Shown here one piece after another: positions 18,937-28,681 of a stretch of 64,000 nucleotides of DNA (its first letter is position 1; each line of letters begins with the position of its first letter). This DNA comes from Bacteroidota bacterium (GTDB lineage: Bacteria; Bacteroidota; Ignavibacteria; Kapaibacteriales; UBA2268), in contig SCSM01000036.1 in the NCBI GenBank assembly GCA_004322215.1, positions 41,840 to 105,839 of the forward strand, written 5' to 3'. The translations under genes and the position numbers were made by a program. Below the pieces are notes generated by a model, which was not told the origin of the DNA, did not search any database, and saw only the letters and a list, made by a program, of their open reading frames with translations.

Positions 18937-21600
18937 ATGCAACTAGTATCCAAATTATCATTAGCTTTTATAATCATTACATTTTATTTAAATGGTATAG
19001 ACCTGATGGCGAAAGACACTGCAAATGAAATCATTGCAGTTAACGGTTCAGCAGCCACAACTACACAATTTTATTTGTATGGAGCCGTACTTGAATCAGC
19101 GGCTTTACCCGAGCATCCCCAGGATGAAGGAATTTTTACCAAGAAAATCAGGATTATCAATCTTGGTCCGATTGTTAATTGGGAGGGCTTGGATTATGCT
19201 CCGACAATCAGTGCCGACGGTCGAACACTTTATTATGTTTCCAACAGACCCGGGAGTATTCTTGGAGATGACGGAGAGCCATCCCATGATTTTTGGGCAG
19301 CGAAGAAACTTGACCGGCTCGACACGGTTTTTTTCAAGCCGTTTAACATTGATACGAGCAAACAGTTCGGCAAGCAAGGTGTAAACACACCATTGAATGA
19401 AGGTGCTGCCTCGATTGCAGCGGACAGGCAGTCACTTTACTTTACGGGTTGCAACAGACCGGATGGTTTGGGAAGCTGCGATATCTACAAAACAACAATA
19501 GAGGGCGATAAATGGGGCAGACCGAAAAACCTTGGCAGGTTTGTCAATTCGAAGAATTTCGATTCCCAGCCGTCAATTGCTCCTGACCAAAGCAGGATTT
19601 ATTTTGTTTCGACCAGAGAAGGTCCCAATAGTAATGGTGATAATGCTGATGTCAAAAACATGGACATTTGGTATTCGGACTGGGATTATGATGCTGAAGA
19701 TTGGAAACCTGCACAAAATCTTACGGCAATTAATACCAAAGGTACAGATGTTTCACCGTTTATAGCCGCAGACAATCAAACTTTGTTTTTCGCTTCCGAT
19801 GGGCATACGCCGAACTTCGGAGGTTTGGATTTTTACTATACAAGATTTGACCCTGAGAAAAATTCCTGGTCAAAACCAATTAACTTAGGTGACCAAATTA
19901 ATACAAAAGAAGATGAACAATTTATTACACTTCCTGCATCCGGCGATATTATTTATTTCTCATCGAGAAGAACCGACCTTGCAGGATACCAGGGAAACCT
20001 TGATATTTTCATGGCATTTGTTCCGACATTCTTCCGTGCCGTTAACCTAAAAGCAACAGTAATAGATGAATGCAGCAAGGCGAATATTCCTGCGACAATT
20101 ACTGTTAAAAATCCATTGACAGGAAGAGTTGTTGAAGACAGTGTTACGTCATTCAAGAATCAATTCGAAATGATTGTGTCCAACACTGATTATGGTAATC
20201 CAAAAGATTCAATACAATATGTTGACCTTGAGATTACTGCCGAAAATCCAAAGTATGGTAAAACAGTTATCACTCAAAGAGTGAATAAACCGGCACTTAC
20301 CGAAAATCAGGAGGAAGCAGCAAAATTTGCTGATGAAATTAATGTTACATTAACTCTCGGTCAAATGCCGACAATAGCTACTCAAATCGAAGAGGCGCAG
20401 CATGTAAAGGAAAATAAGGCAAAAGATGCAAAACTTGCCGGCTTCAACGGTTTAATTATGAAAGAAGTAAAAACATGGGATTTGTATCCATTATTGAATT
20501 ATGTTTTCTTCGACCTTGGCTCATCAAAGCTGCCCGACAGGTACGTTCTGTTCAAATCACCTGAAGAAACAGAGGGATTCAGCGACACTACAATAGTGGG
20601 CGGAACTCTCGATAAGTATTATCATATACTTAATATTTATGGATTCAGAATGAAGCAATTCCCGGATGCAAAGTTTGAAATCGTTGGCTGCAATGATGGT
20701 AAAACACCGGAAGAAAAGAGACCAAATCTGTCAAAAGAAAGAGCACAGCTTGTCTATGATTATTTCAAAAATGTTTGGGGAGTCCCCGAAAACAGGATGA
20801 AGCTTACAATCAGGAATCAGCCGCAGGTTATTTCGAACCTGAATGATTCTCAGGGTATCGTTGAAAACAGGCGTGTTGAAATCGTCTGTTCTGATTGGAA
20901 CATAATGAAACCGATTTTCGACAAAGACCCAAAGACATTCCCTCAGCCGGAAGAAATGAATTTCGTTTTGAAGAATGGCATTGAGGATGAACTTGTAGCA
21001 AAAAGGCGAGTTGAAATAAAGCATGGCGAAGAAATGTGGAAGGTATTGCCTGACGTTGGCAGAACCGAACCAATTTATCCATGGAATTGGCGCGATGAAG
21101 ACCGCAAATTCCCCAAAGACGAAGTGCCGTTCTTCGCAACCTTAATTCTTACTACAAATACCGGCTCCGAGTGTAAATCCATGCCTGTAAAAATTCCTGT
21201 TATGCAGATTAAAGTGGAAGAGCAGCAGATCAATAAATTGAATGACAGCACTCAGGAAAATTACAGCTTGATACTGTTCCCATTCGACAGAAGCGATGCT
21301 GGACCGATTAATACGAGAATTATGGAAGATTACGTTTACGGCAGATGTTTCCCGAATTCAAATATCGAAGTTATTGGTCATACTGATGTTGTCGGTTTAT
21401 ATGACCACAACAAAGGTTTATCTGAAAGACGTTCTAAGACCGTATATACAGGAATAATGAAAACCACAAAGGGAGTATTCGGTAAATTATCGAGCCGTGG
21501 GGTTGGCGAAGATGAACCGATTTATACAAATGAGCTTCCAGAAGGAAGGTTCTATAACAGAACCGTTCAGGTGATTATTAAAACTCCGATTGCTAAATAA
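18937..21600 (+). CDS. PD40-repeat / OmpA-C peptidoglycan-binding protein
   Basis: Repeats APTISADGRTLYYVSNR, ASIAADRQSLYF, PSIAPDQSRIYF, PFIAADNQTLFF; two OmpA_C-like domains (LSKERA...ENRRVEI; GHTD...LSERRS...YNRTVQV). Confidence 0.85.
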   Translation: MQLVSKLSLAFIIITFYLNGIDLMAKDTANEIIAVNGSAATTTQFYLYGAVLESAALPEHPQDEGIFTKKIRIINLGPIVNWEGLDYAPTISADGRTLYYVSNRPGSILGDDGEPSHDFWAAKKLDRLDTVFFKPFNIDTSKQFGKQGVNTPLNEGAASIAADRQSLYFTGCNRPDGLGSCDIYKTTIEGDKWGRPKNLGRFVNSKNFDSQPSIAPDQSRIYFVSTREGPNSNGDNADVKNMDIWYSDWDYDAEDWKPAQNLTAINTKGTDVSPFIAADNQTLFFASDGHTPNFGGLDFYYTRFDPEKNSWSKPINLGDQINTKEDEQFITLPASGDIIYFSSRRTDLAGYQGNLDIFMAFVPTFFRAVNLKATVIDECSKANIPATITVKNPLTGRVVEDSVTSFKNQFEMIVSNTDYGNPKDSIQYVDLEITAENPKYGKTVITQRVNKPALTENQEEAAKFADEINVTLTLGQMPTIATQIEEAQHVKENKAKDAKLAGFNGLIMKEVKTWDLYPLLNYVFFDLGSSKLPDRYVLFKSPEETEGFSDTTIVGGTLDKYYHILNIYGFRMKQFPDAKFEIVGCNDGKTPEEKRPNLSKERAQLVYDYFKNVWGVPENRMKLTIRNQPQVISNLNDSQGIVENRRVEIVCSDWNIMKPIFDKDPKTFPQPEEMNFVLKNGIEDELVAKRRVEIKHGEEMWKVLPDVGRTEPIYPWNWRDEDRKFPKDEVPFFATLILTTNTGSECKSMPVKIPVMQIKVEEQQINKLNDSTQENYSLILFPFDRSDAGPINTRIMEDYVYGRCFPNSNIEVIGHTDVVGLYDHNKGLSERRSKTVYTGIMKTTKGVFGKLSSRGVGEDEPIYTNELPEGRFYNRTVQVIIKTPIAK

Positions 21601-21628
21601 GAGGACAATCTCAATTTTAATGGAAATG

Positions 21629-21657
21629 AAAAGGGACGTTTTTGCGTCCCTTTTTTT
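21629..21657 (+). terminator. Intrinsic terminator
   Basis: aaaagggacg-tttttg-cgtccctttttt perfect stem plus T tract. Confidence 0.85.
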
Positions 21658-21712
21658 AGGGTGTCACATTTTGGCTAAGTTTTGCCTGACAATATTTTAA
21701 TATAAAAATTAT

Positions 21713-22468
21713 ATGAATATGAAAAATAATTTACCGAAAATTGCAATTGTTGGTTACGGTTCGATGGGAAAGGAAATCGAAAAGTCAGCACTCGCAAAGG
21801 GTTTTCAGATTAGCAATATCTTTGAAATTGATAAACAGATTGACGCAAACCAAAATTATGATTTCGATGTTGCTATTGATTTTTCTTTTCCTGATTCCGT
21901 TTTGGAAAATGTTCGCTCACTCAGTAAGCTTAAAAAGAACATCGTATTAGCCACAACGGGATGGAAAAAACATGAGGAAACTATAAAAAGAATTGTTTCT
22001 GACAATGACATCGGATTAGTGTATGGCTCTAACTTTTCTGTCGGAATGAATATCTTATTCGGAATCGTTGAAAATGCATCTCAGATGCTGAACAATCATC
22101 CTGATTACGATATTAGCATCAATGAAATTCACCATACGAGGAAAAAGGACAGCCCGAGCGGCACTGCATTGAGTTTGGCTGATATTATTTTAAAGCAACT
22201 CCACAGAAAAAATAAAATTTTGGACGATACATCCCGCGGAACAATTCCGGGCGATGCACTTCATGTTACATCGGCGAGAGTCGGTGATATTACCGGTACT
22301 CATACTGTATATATTGATTCTATTGCAGATACAATCGAGCTGACTCATAGGGCAAAGAACAGGAGCGGATTTGCTCAAGGGGCATTACTTGCTGCCGAAT
22401 GGATATATGGGAAAAAAGGTTATTTCGATTTTCGGGACGTTTTGAATAATATTTGGAAAAAGGATTAA
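21713..22468 (+). CDS. dapB: 4-hydroxy-tetrahydrodipicolinate reductase
   Basis: GYGSMG, IDFS, ATTGW, NFSVG, EIHHTRKKDSPSGTA, HRAKNRSGFAQGA. Confidence 0.95.
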   Translation: MNMKNNLPKIAIVGYGSMGKEIEKSALAKGFQISNIFEIDKQIDANQNYDFDVAIDFSFPDSVLENVRSLSKLKKNIVLATTGWKKHEETIKRIVSDNDIGLVYGSNFSVGMNILFGIVENASQMLNNHPDYDISINEIHHTRKKDSPSGTALSLADIILKQLHRKNKILDDTSRGTIPGDALHVTSARVGDITGTHTVYIDSIADTIELTHRAKNRSGFAQGALLAAEWIYGKKGYFDFRDVLNNIWKKD

Positions 22469-22474
22469 ATAGAA

Positions 22475-22918
22475 ATGAAAAATATTTTTTTATTTGTAAT
22501 GTTTGTTTTCATGGTTTCCTGCTCGGCAGCCGGTCAAAGTAATGTCCGGGAAGAGCATAAACAGATAGCACAGGACACATTAAAACCAACAACGATTGAA
22601 CTCATTCCGCATATTTTTGAAGTTCCGAAGCCAGACGGAAGGTTTGTTTCACGTGAGTTAATTGTCAAAAACACCGGAAAAAATCTACTTGTAATTAGCA
22701 AAGTAGCCGCTTCCTGCTATTGTGGTTCTTCGACTGTTCTTAATTCACGCATCGAACCCCGGCAGGAAGGGAAAATTATGCTCAATGTCAATCTCGATGG
22801 TTTATACGGTGACAACAACATAGTGCAATTCTCCATTCACAGCAATGCCACCGGCTCACCCACGGGAATCAATATGACTATCTTAAAAAGTCAAAAAGAC
22901 AGTACGGAGAAGAGGTAG
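22475..22918 (+). CDS. DUF1573-type Ig-like lipoprotein
   Basis: Lipobox VSC; KNTGKNLLVISKVAASCYC...IEP...G.I; HSNA. Confidence 0.75.
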   Translation: MKNIFLFVMFVFMVSCSAAGQSNVREEHKQIAQDTLKPTTIELIPHIFEVPKPDGRFVSRELIVKNTGKNLLVISKVAASCYCGSSTVLNSRIEPRQEGKIMLNVNLDGLYGDNNIVQFSIHSNATGSPTGINMTILKSQKDSTEKR

Positions 22919-23056
22919 GACTGTTAATAGTTGTAATCTGTTAAACATTAAATTAATGACTAAAGATTATTCCAATTTACCTAATATATACAACTCTCTT
23001 TGTCAGTGCTTTTTCTATTGCGATGAAGCGGAGAAGGTATATCCCGCTCGGCTCTA

Positions 23057-23893
23057 TTAAATCAAAGCTATAAATCCAAATCTAATATTTTGCTTGTACT
23101 GAAGTTCCCGCTTTTGCTTTTCATCGTAAATGAAATCTGCACGCAAAATGACACCAAAGTATTTTAAAACTTTTATTTGAAATTCATTTTCGAATTTGAT
23201 TGTCCATATATCCAAATTTTTGAATGAACCGAATGTATCAAATACTCCTTTGTAAATAATAACAGAATCAATATCGAAAAAAGTTTCCGTTTTCCATTGT
23301 ATTCCTGATTCCGGTTTGTATCTTTCTTTTGTATTTATAGTCTTGATGTCGTCTGTCAGACGGGTGAATTCCTCAGCCCTTGTCTGCTTCAGTGATAAAC
23401 CGATTCTTGATAATAGTGAGCATCTGTCGTAGTAGCTGTATGCCAAGCCGAAGCCCTCCTGTGAAGTTACAGGGTCCCAGAACTCAGATGTAGGAGTCAG
23501 GCGTCCTTTATCGTACATATAAGCAACTGCAATCTGTGTCTGCACGGAAGATGAAATATACGGGTCGAGAAACCAGCCCAGTTGATAGCGAAAAACAATT
23601 TCACCGAATAAATCATTGTCAGAGGGTCTTATTTGTGCCGGTACGCTGTCTGCAACTTTTTCATAGACTGTGCCAAATGCAAATTTAAAATTTAAATTAA
23701 TTAACATTGTGTCCAAATGCACCAGGTTTTTTGTATCGAATAAAGAAGCAAGTTCAATTGATTTCACTTCGCCTGTTCTCCAGTCGTTAACCGCAGACTG
23801 AGAGAGTGAAAGGGAGAATGTGGTTTGGCTGTAAGTATTAATTCTATTAAGAAATGGAATCATTATAATAATTAATAAAATATTTCTGTGCAT
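23057..23893 (-). CDS. DUF3078-like outer-membrane protein
   Basis: LSLSQSAVNDWRTG, TQIAVAY, FWDP, terminal strands QYKQNIRFGF; start placed at ATG 23893 (MHRNILL). Confidence 0.65.
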   Translation of the reverse strand: MHRNILLIIIMIPFLNRINTYSQTTFSLSLSQSAVNDWRTGEVKSIELASLFDTKNLVHLDTMLINLNFKFAFGTVYEKVADSVPAQIRPSDNDLFGEIVFRYQLGWFLDPYISSSVQTQIAVAYMYDKGRLTPTSEFWDPVTSQEGFGLAYSYYDRCSLLSRIGLSLKQTRAEEFTRLTDDIKTINTKERYKPESGIQWKTETFFDIDSVIIYKGVFDTFGSFKNLDIWTIKFENEFQIKVLKYFGVILRADFIYDEKQKRELQYKQNIRFGFIALI

Positions 23894-23918
23894 TCTTAAA
23901 ATTAAATATTTATTGGAT

Positions 23919-25088
23919 TTATATAAATTTAGATATGTCAAGTATCTTATAAATTCCATTAGTTTTTATCATTATTAAAAACATTTTTTTATAAGTACCA
24001 ATAAAATTTACTATATCTACTCTATTATTACTTAAGATTGGAATATATATTTCTTTCTTAAAAAAGAGTTCTTTATTATAGGTCTGAACATAAAAACCTA
24101 CTATTTTATTTTCTTTATCATATTTATTGATAAGAAATAAAATTTTATCTTTATAAAATTTACAAGCTTGGAAGTAATAGGTATAAATAGAGTCCATAAA
24201 TTGAAAATTTGAAAATTTATTATTTTTCAAATAGTAAATATTTTGAACATATTTAAATATACCATCATAATTAAATGGAGTAAAACTAGAATTTTTATTA
24301 TAAATATTAATTTTTAAAGGCGGTATATTGGGGATCGAGTAATAAATTATATTATTTTCATCAATATTTTCAAATAACCCACTAAAATGTTTATCGAATT
24401 TATAATTTAAAAAATTTTCTAATTCTGCATATATTAAACAGGGAATTTCTTTATTAGAAACTAAGTCCCAAAATATTAGTTTATGATCATTATTAAGTTG
24501 AGTATTTTCTACCAAAATTTTATTTTTAAATTTGCAGGCATCATAACCAGTAAAATAATTGCTAACACTTTTAAATTCTTTTATACATAATAACGTATCT
24601 GTATTTAATTCAAAAAATAAAAGTGGTTTACTTATCATAATAGCAGTATCTAATAGACCAGATACAGTATCTAGTATTGGTTTAACTCCAACTTTTTTCT
24701 TTGTTCCTGCAATAATGAAAATTTTACTATTATATACATCTTTAAATAAACCAAGATATGTGCAATTAGGCTTTGTATTTTCCCAAAGATTTTCTTCTTT
24801 TTTATTATAGAAATATTTAATCTCATCGAATTCTTTTAATGTTAAGGTCAATTTCCCATCAATAAGATTAAAAATATTAATTTTATTATTTATCAAATCT
24901 AATGTATAAAGAAGATTTTTATTATCAACTAGCTCAAAAGAAAATGGATTAAAATTACTATTTGAATCAATTTCCAAATTGGCTATAAATTTTAATTTGT
25001 TAAAATTTATTTCATTATTATTTTCAGATTTTAATAAATAAATTGATATAAAAAAAATTAACAAAATAATCGACTTAATATTTTTCAT
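23919..25088 (-). CDS. Secreted hypothetical protein, possibly beta-propeller
   Basis: Signal peptide; LYTLDLINNKINIFNLIDGK blade-like segments; extremely AT-rich. Confidence 0.6.
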   Translation of the reverse strand: MKNIKSIILLIFFISIYLLKSENNNEINFNKLKFIANLEIDSNSNFNPFSFELVDNKNLLYTLDLINNKINIFNLIDGKLTLTLKEFDEIKYFYNKKEENLWENTKPNCTYLGLFKDVYNSKIFIIAGTKKKVGVKPILDTVSGLLDTAIMISKPLLFFELNTDTLLCIKEFKSVSNYFTGYDACKFKNKILVENTQLNNDHKLIFWDLVSNKEIPCLIYAELENFLNYKFDKHFSGLFENIDENNIIYYSIPNIPPLKINIYNKNSSFTPFNYDGIFKYVQNIYYLKNNKFSNFQFMDSIYTYYFQACKFYKDKILFLINKYDKENKIVGFYVQTYNKELFFKKEIYIPILSNNRVDIVNFIGTYKKMFLIMIKTNGIYKILDISKFI

Positions 25089-25116
25089 ATTTTACCTCAA
25101 AAATTTTATTGATAAT

Positions 25117-25150
25117 AAAAAGAGGCTACCCTTAAAGATAAAGGATAGCC
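25117..25150 (-). terminator. Intrinsic terminator between the 132-aa and 389-aa genes
   Basis: Minus strand ggctatcctt-tatcttt-aagggtagcc followed by tctttttatt. Confidence 0.7.
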
Positions 25151-25158
25151 GATATTAT

Positions 25159-25557
25159 TTAAAATGGTCTTTCTAAGTTAAAATAGTTCAACCAAGTTTG
25201 ATAATCAGTGATTATTTGATTACCAGGATTAAACGTATTTCTGTATTCAGTACCCTCAGGTGTAGATACATACTCAATATTGACATCTGTATAACCAAGC
25301 CCAATTTCTTGATTATCTGGGTTGTGATAAAACCTACCCAAATTGGTTCCGGGTCCATCACCATGACCATCACATGTAAAACAAACTCTATCATATGGCG
25401 GGGGACAGAAAATAAATATAAATCCAGGTTGGATGTTAATTGGTGTATATACTCCCATAATAATAATTGGTATTTTTTTGGCTTCTGCTTGGATATTTAA
25501 TGTAGATGTACCCACAATAAAAAGTATAATAATCGATAAGCATATTTTCTTTTTCAT
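25159..25557 (-). CDS. Small secreted hypothetical protein
   Basis: RBS aggag; MKKK signal peptide ending AEA; CPPPYDRVCFTC Cys cluster. Confidence 0.7.
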   Translation of the reverse strand: MKKKICLSIIILFIVGTSTLNIQAEAKKIPIIIMGVYTPINIQPGFIFIFCPPPYDRVCFTCDGHGDGPGTNLGRFYHNPDNQEIGLGYTDVNIEYVSTPEGTEYRNTFNPGNQIITDYQTWLNYFNLERPF

Positions 25558-25612
25558 AACAATTACTCCTTAATTTTAATGTAACAAATATATTAACTAT
25601 ATTTGCTCCTAC

Positions 25613-25728
25613 ATCCGCATAATTGGTAGGTCGAAACTAAGAATTATGCGGATAACAGCCGTGAAGCTGTGAGCCGGCGGGAGAGCAAATTGCGAGCTCG
25701 TCGGCTCTGATTATTTATGGCGGTTTTC
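25613..25728. repeat. Compound hairpin element including an attC-like imperfect palindrome
   Basis: 12-bp perfect IR 25613-25624/25642-25653; long imperfect stem bounded by AAC...GTT (25654-25725) with inner gagccggcggg/ctcgtcggctc. Confidence 0.5.
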
Positions 25729-25917
25729 ACAAATGCATCAGCATTATCCAATAATTATTTATTCCGGTCACCTCCGTATATCGTTTATGATTTATATTAA
25801 TATGTTCCATATCGCAGTGCTGTACTTGTTTTTTTGAATTTTTCCCTTTGATTGATGAATTAATATTTAAAACACCATTTACAATATATAATATTTTCAA
25901 ATATAAATCAAGGAGCA

Positions 25918-25956
25918 TTTTCGCCTGTAATTTTCACCTGTAATTTTTGCCTGTAA
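25918..25956. repeat. Three tandem 13-bp repeats
   Basis: ttttcgcctgtaa / ttttcacctgtaa / tttttgcctgtaa. Confidence 0.8.
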
Positions 25957-25981
25957 AAATCGCTTATAATAATTGCTGGAA

Positions 25982-26467
25982 CTACTTCCATAACCCGTCA
26001 ACCATTTCATTTATGATTTTGGCTTTGTCCGGTGAATTCGATATTAATTGCTTGTAATGTTCGTATGTGAAACCGAACCGCCTTTTGAATGCTTTGCGGA
26101 AAGTGCTTATCCATTCATAGCCGCATTTATTTGCTAAAACATTCATATTGTGCTCCTCCTCCGATATTCTTAGTGAATGCCATAACCTGAGATTCTCAAG
26201 TAATTTTTTTGGTGGGGCATTAAAAAATTTGTAGGTAATAAAGCTCAAATCATCCTTAGTGATTTTTAATTCGTCTAAAAGAAAATCAATGTTACATTGA
26301 TAAGCATTGAATTTCACTTCCAGGATTTGCAGAAACGCTTTCATTCTCTCAGGACAATTTCCATCGGTGAATTTCTCAAACTCATTTCGTTTTACAAAAC
26401 AATATTTACAAATATCATTGAACATAAATAAATATTTTACTATTAATATTACATGTTTTTTTTCCAT
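25982..26467 (-). CDS. Stand-alone AraC-family HTH protein
   Basis: PKKLLENLRL...LANKCGYEWISTFRKAFKRRFG.T second HTH; no effector domain. Confidence 0.78.
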   Translation of the reverse strand: MEKKHVILIVKYLFMFNDICKYCFVKRNEFEKFTDGNCPERMKAFLQILEVKFNAYQCNIDFLLDELKITKDDLSFITYKFFNAPPKKLLENLRLWHSLRISEEEHNMNVLANKCGYEWISTFRKAFKRRFGFTYEHYKQLISNSPDKAKIINEMVDGLWK

Positions 26468-26591
26468 AAAATTTCAACCAAAAATGAAAACTTTTTTAAA
26501 ATTTGTCAGTCCCATATATATATAGTTACTTTTTTCGAAAAAAAAGAACAGATTTTTGGCACTTTTTTCAAAAATATTTTTTTTCGTCTCC

Positions 26592-26609
26592 GTAAGTCCT
26601 TTAAAATAA
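26592..26609. promoter_or_regulatory. 18-bp intergenic motif, identical copy at 32597-32614
   Basis: gtaagtcctttaaaataa in both ECF-cassette upstream regions. Confidence 0.45.
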
Positions 26610-26815
26610 CAAAAGTTTTTTTTCACTTTATATTGCTTATTGGCAATTGAATTTCAAAATTGAAAATATTCATTCATAGATATGATTTTGATTAATTATA
26701 AATAAAATTGATTAAGCCAAATGTAAAATTTACCGATTAAAAGATATTATACGTTCTTATGTCTATATGTAAGGTTACAAAAAATTAGCTGTTTATTAAA
26801 TTTTTTTTATTTTGA

Positions 26816-26845
26816 CTGTAACATTTTGGGGTTTTATTTGTTATT
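26816..26845 (+). promoter_or_regulatory. Candidate autoregulatory ECF promoter TGTAAC-N16-TGTTAT
   Basis: ctgtaacatttt-N10-ttgttatt just before ATG 26857; same motif and spacing at 56991-57020. Confidence 0.6.
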
Positions 26846-26856
26846 GCATTAAGAAG

Positions 26857-27417
26857 ATGGACAAAGAACTGGAAAACCTTAGCGATGGAGAACTCTTCAA
26901 GCTGATGACTGCCGGCGAAGCAAGGTCTGTCAAGGCGTTTGAAGAGATATACACGAGGCATTCTCCCCGTGTGTATGCCTATTGCCGAAGGTATCTCGGC
27001 AACCGGGAGGAAGCCGAAGACGTATTCCAGGAGACCTTTATCCGTTTTTATAACAGCAGCCGTCAGCAGCGCGAGATGACGAATCTATCGGCTTACCTGC
27101 TGAAGATTGCAAGAAACCAGTGCTTGAATACGATTAGAGAGAATAAGCGAAATGCAAGATATGACGATGAGATTTATGTCAAGCATGAAGACAGGGATGA
27201 ACAGGACGAATTGTTGAATTTAGTCAAAATGGCAATTGAATTATTGCCTGACGAGTACAAGGAAATCTTTATTATGAGGGAATACAACGGGTTAAAATAT
27301 AACGATATAGCTGAAATAACAGGGATATCGATAAATACCGTTAAAATTAAAATTTTCAGGGCAAGGGAAAGAATCAGGCAAATCCTTCAGCCCTATTTAT
27401 CCGAAATGTCGAAATGA
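26857..27417 (+). CDS. ECF sigma-70 factor (copy 1)
   Basis: AFEEIY, EAEDVFQETF, YLLKIARN, LPDEYKEIFIMREYNGLKYNDIAE..GISINTVK...RAR; start placed at ATG 26857. Confidence 0.93.
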   Translation: MDKELENLSDGELFKLMTAGEARSVKAFEEIYTRHSPRVYAYCRRYLGNREEAEDVFQETFIRFYNSSRQQREMTNLSAYLLKIARNQCLNTIRENKRNARYDDEIYVKHEDRDEQDELLNLVKMAIELLPDEYKEIFIMREYNGLKYNDIAEITGISINTVKIKIFRARERIRQILQPYLSEMSK

Positions 27418-27445
27418 ATATTAAGATTATATAAAAGATTAGACT

Positions 27446-28672
27446 ATGGAAGAGACAATTGGAAATACACCATCGGAAATGCTGAACCTGCTCGTTGACG
27501 GAGAGCTGGAAACCAGCCAGGAAGTGTCATTGTATGCATCGCTGACCGAAAGCGATGAATTGCGTAATGAGATGAGGGAAATTCTCGCTATAAGAGAATC
27601 AATCAGGAAGGATACAGAAGCGTTCACTCCTCCGCGCAATGCGAGGAAATCTGTTCTTGCGGCTGTGGGACTTGCTCCCGGAGGTGTCATCAATGCACCG
27701 ATAACCCAGGTTGCGGTTCAAACCGGTTTCTGGGGCGGATTCTGGGGAAAGATAATGATGCCTGTGGCTTCTGCAGTGGTTGCAACCATCATCACTTCGC
27801 TGATGTTTATGAATTTTTACAAAACCGGTAACAATATGACTTCTACGCGAAGTTCTTTGAAGAACATACCGGTTGTTACATCGACTGAAAATATTGCTAA
27901 CGGGGAACAAACTCAGAATCAGAAAAATAATGGTATTGCTTCTCCAATTAAAAAGAGCAGCCATATTTCGAGCGGGATAATGCCATCAATCGTTCCGGTA
28001 CCCGATGCAATAATTGTCGAAAATAAAGATGAAACAGCTTTAACAAATCAGATTCAGACAGCATCTCTGGGGACAGATTTATATAAGCCGGGTTTCCTGA
28101 AATATTCAAATTCCGGAAGTAATATCATACCGGTTATTTCCATGTCTCCGAAACAATTTGAATCATTAAGCCGGGAGAAATTGTCGAATCTCGGAATAAC
28201 CCTCGTATTGCGTGGTATTGCCTCCCGGTCATTTCCGACTGTTGAATTGCCGTCTCAAGCTAATCCTTTATTACGCAATGTTGGACTGGGCGGCTACGTC
28301 AAACTGGTTGACGGATTGGATGTCGGTTTGGAAATAGGCCAGGAAAATTACGGGCTTATATATTATAATAAGGAAGACGGGGATTATGATAATAAAAATC
28401 CGATTCTTTTATGGGCAGGAATTGGTGTAAAAGGGAAATATAACGAGCATGTTGATTTTCTCGCAGGTGCAAAACCGTTTTTACAGGTTTTTATCGGAGG
28501 CACAAAAATCGGTCCTACGGGCAAAATCATCGGTGGATTGGAATATAGCTGGGACAGCGGACTCGGTTTCATTTTAGGTGTGGAAGGTAGTTCACTGTTC
28601 TATAACCAGGAGCAAAAATGGTATTCGACGGAAAAACTCGGATTTACTTACGGAATGCTGTATAGTTTTTAA
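27446..28672 (+). CDS. Putative dual-membrane-spanning anti-sigma factor (anti-sigma domain, TM helix, linker, OM beta-barrel)
   Basis: N-terminal LNLLVDGELE (zf-HC2-like without Cys); TM IMMPVASAVVATIITSLMF; S/T/N/P-rich linker; amphipathic strands ending KLGFTYGMLYSF. Confidence 0.72.
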   Translation: MEETIGNTPSEMLNLLVDGELETSQEVSLYASLTESDELRNEMREILAIRESIRKDTEAFTPPRNARKSVLAAVGLAPGGVINAPITQVAVQTGFWGGFWGKIMMPVASAVVATIITSLMFMNFYKTGNNMTSTRSSLKNIPVVTSTENIANGEQTQNQKNNGIASPIKKSSHISSGIMPSIVPVPDAIIVENKDETALTNQIQTASLGTDLYKPGFLKYSNSGSNIIPVISMSPKQFESLSREKLSNLGITLVLRGIASRSFPTVELPSQANPLLRNVGLGGYVKLVDGLDVGLEIGQENYGLIYYNKEDGDYDNKNPILLWAGIGVKGKYNEHVDFLAGAKPFLQVFIGGTKIGPTGKIIGGLEYSWDSGLGFILGVEGSSLFYNQEQKWYSTEKLGFTYGMLYSF

Positions 28673-28681
28673 TTTTGCAGA

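Noticed and set aside
21662-21690. TGTCAC-type ECF promoter variants before dapB and ECF copy 2
   Set aside because: No (C/T)GT -10 element at the 16-nt spacing, so not counted in the proposed regulon
25918-25956. CRISPR array
   Set aside because: Units are 13 bp, directly adjacent with no spacers, and no cas genes are present
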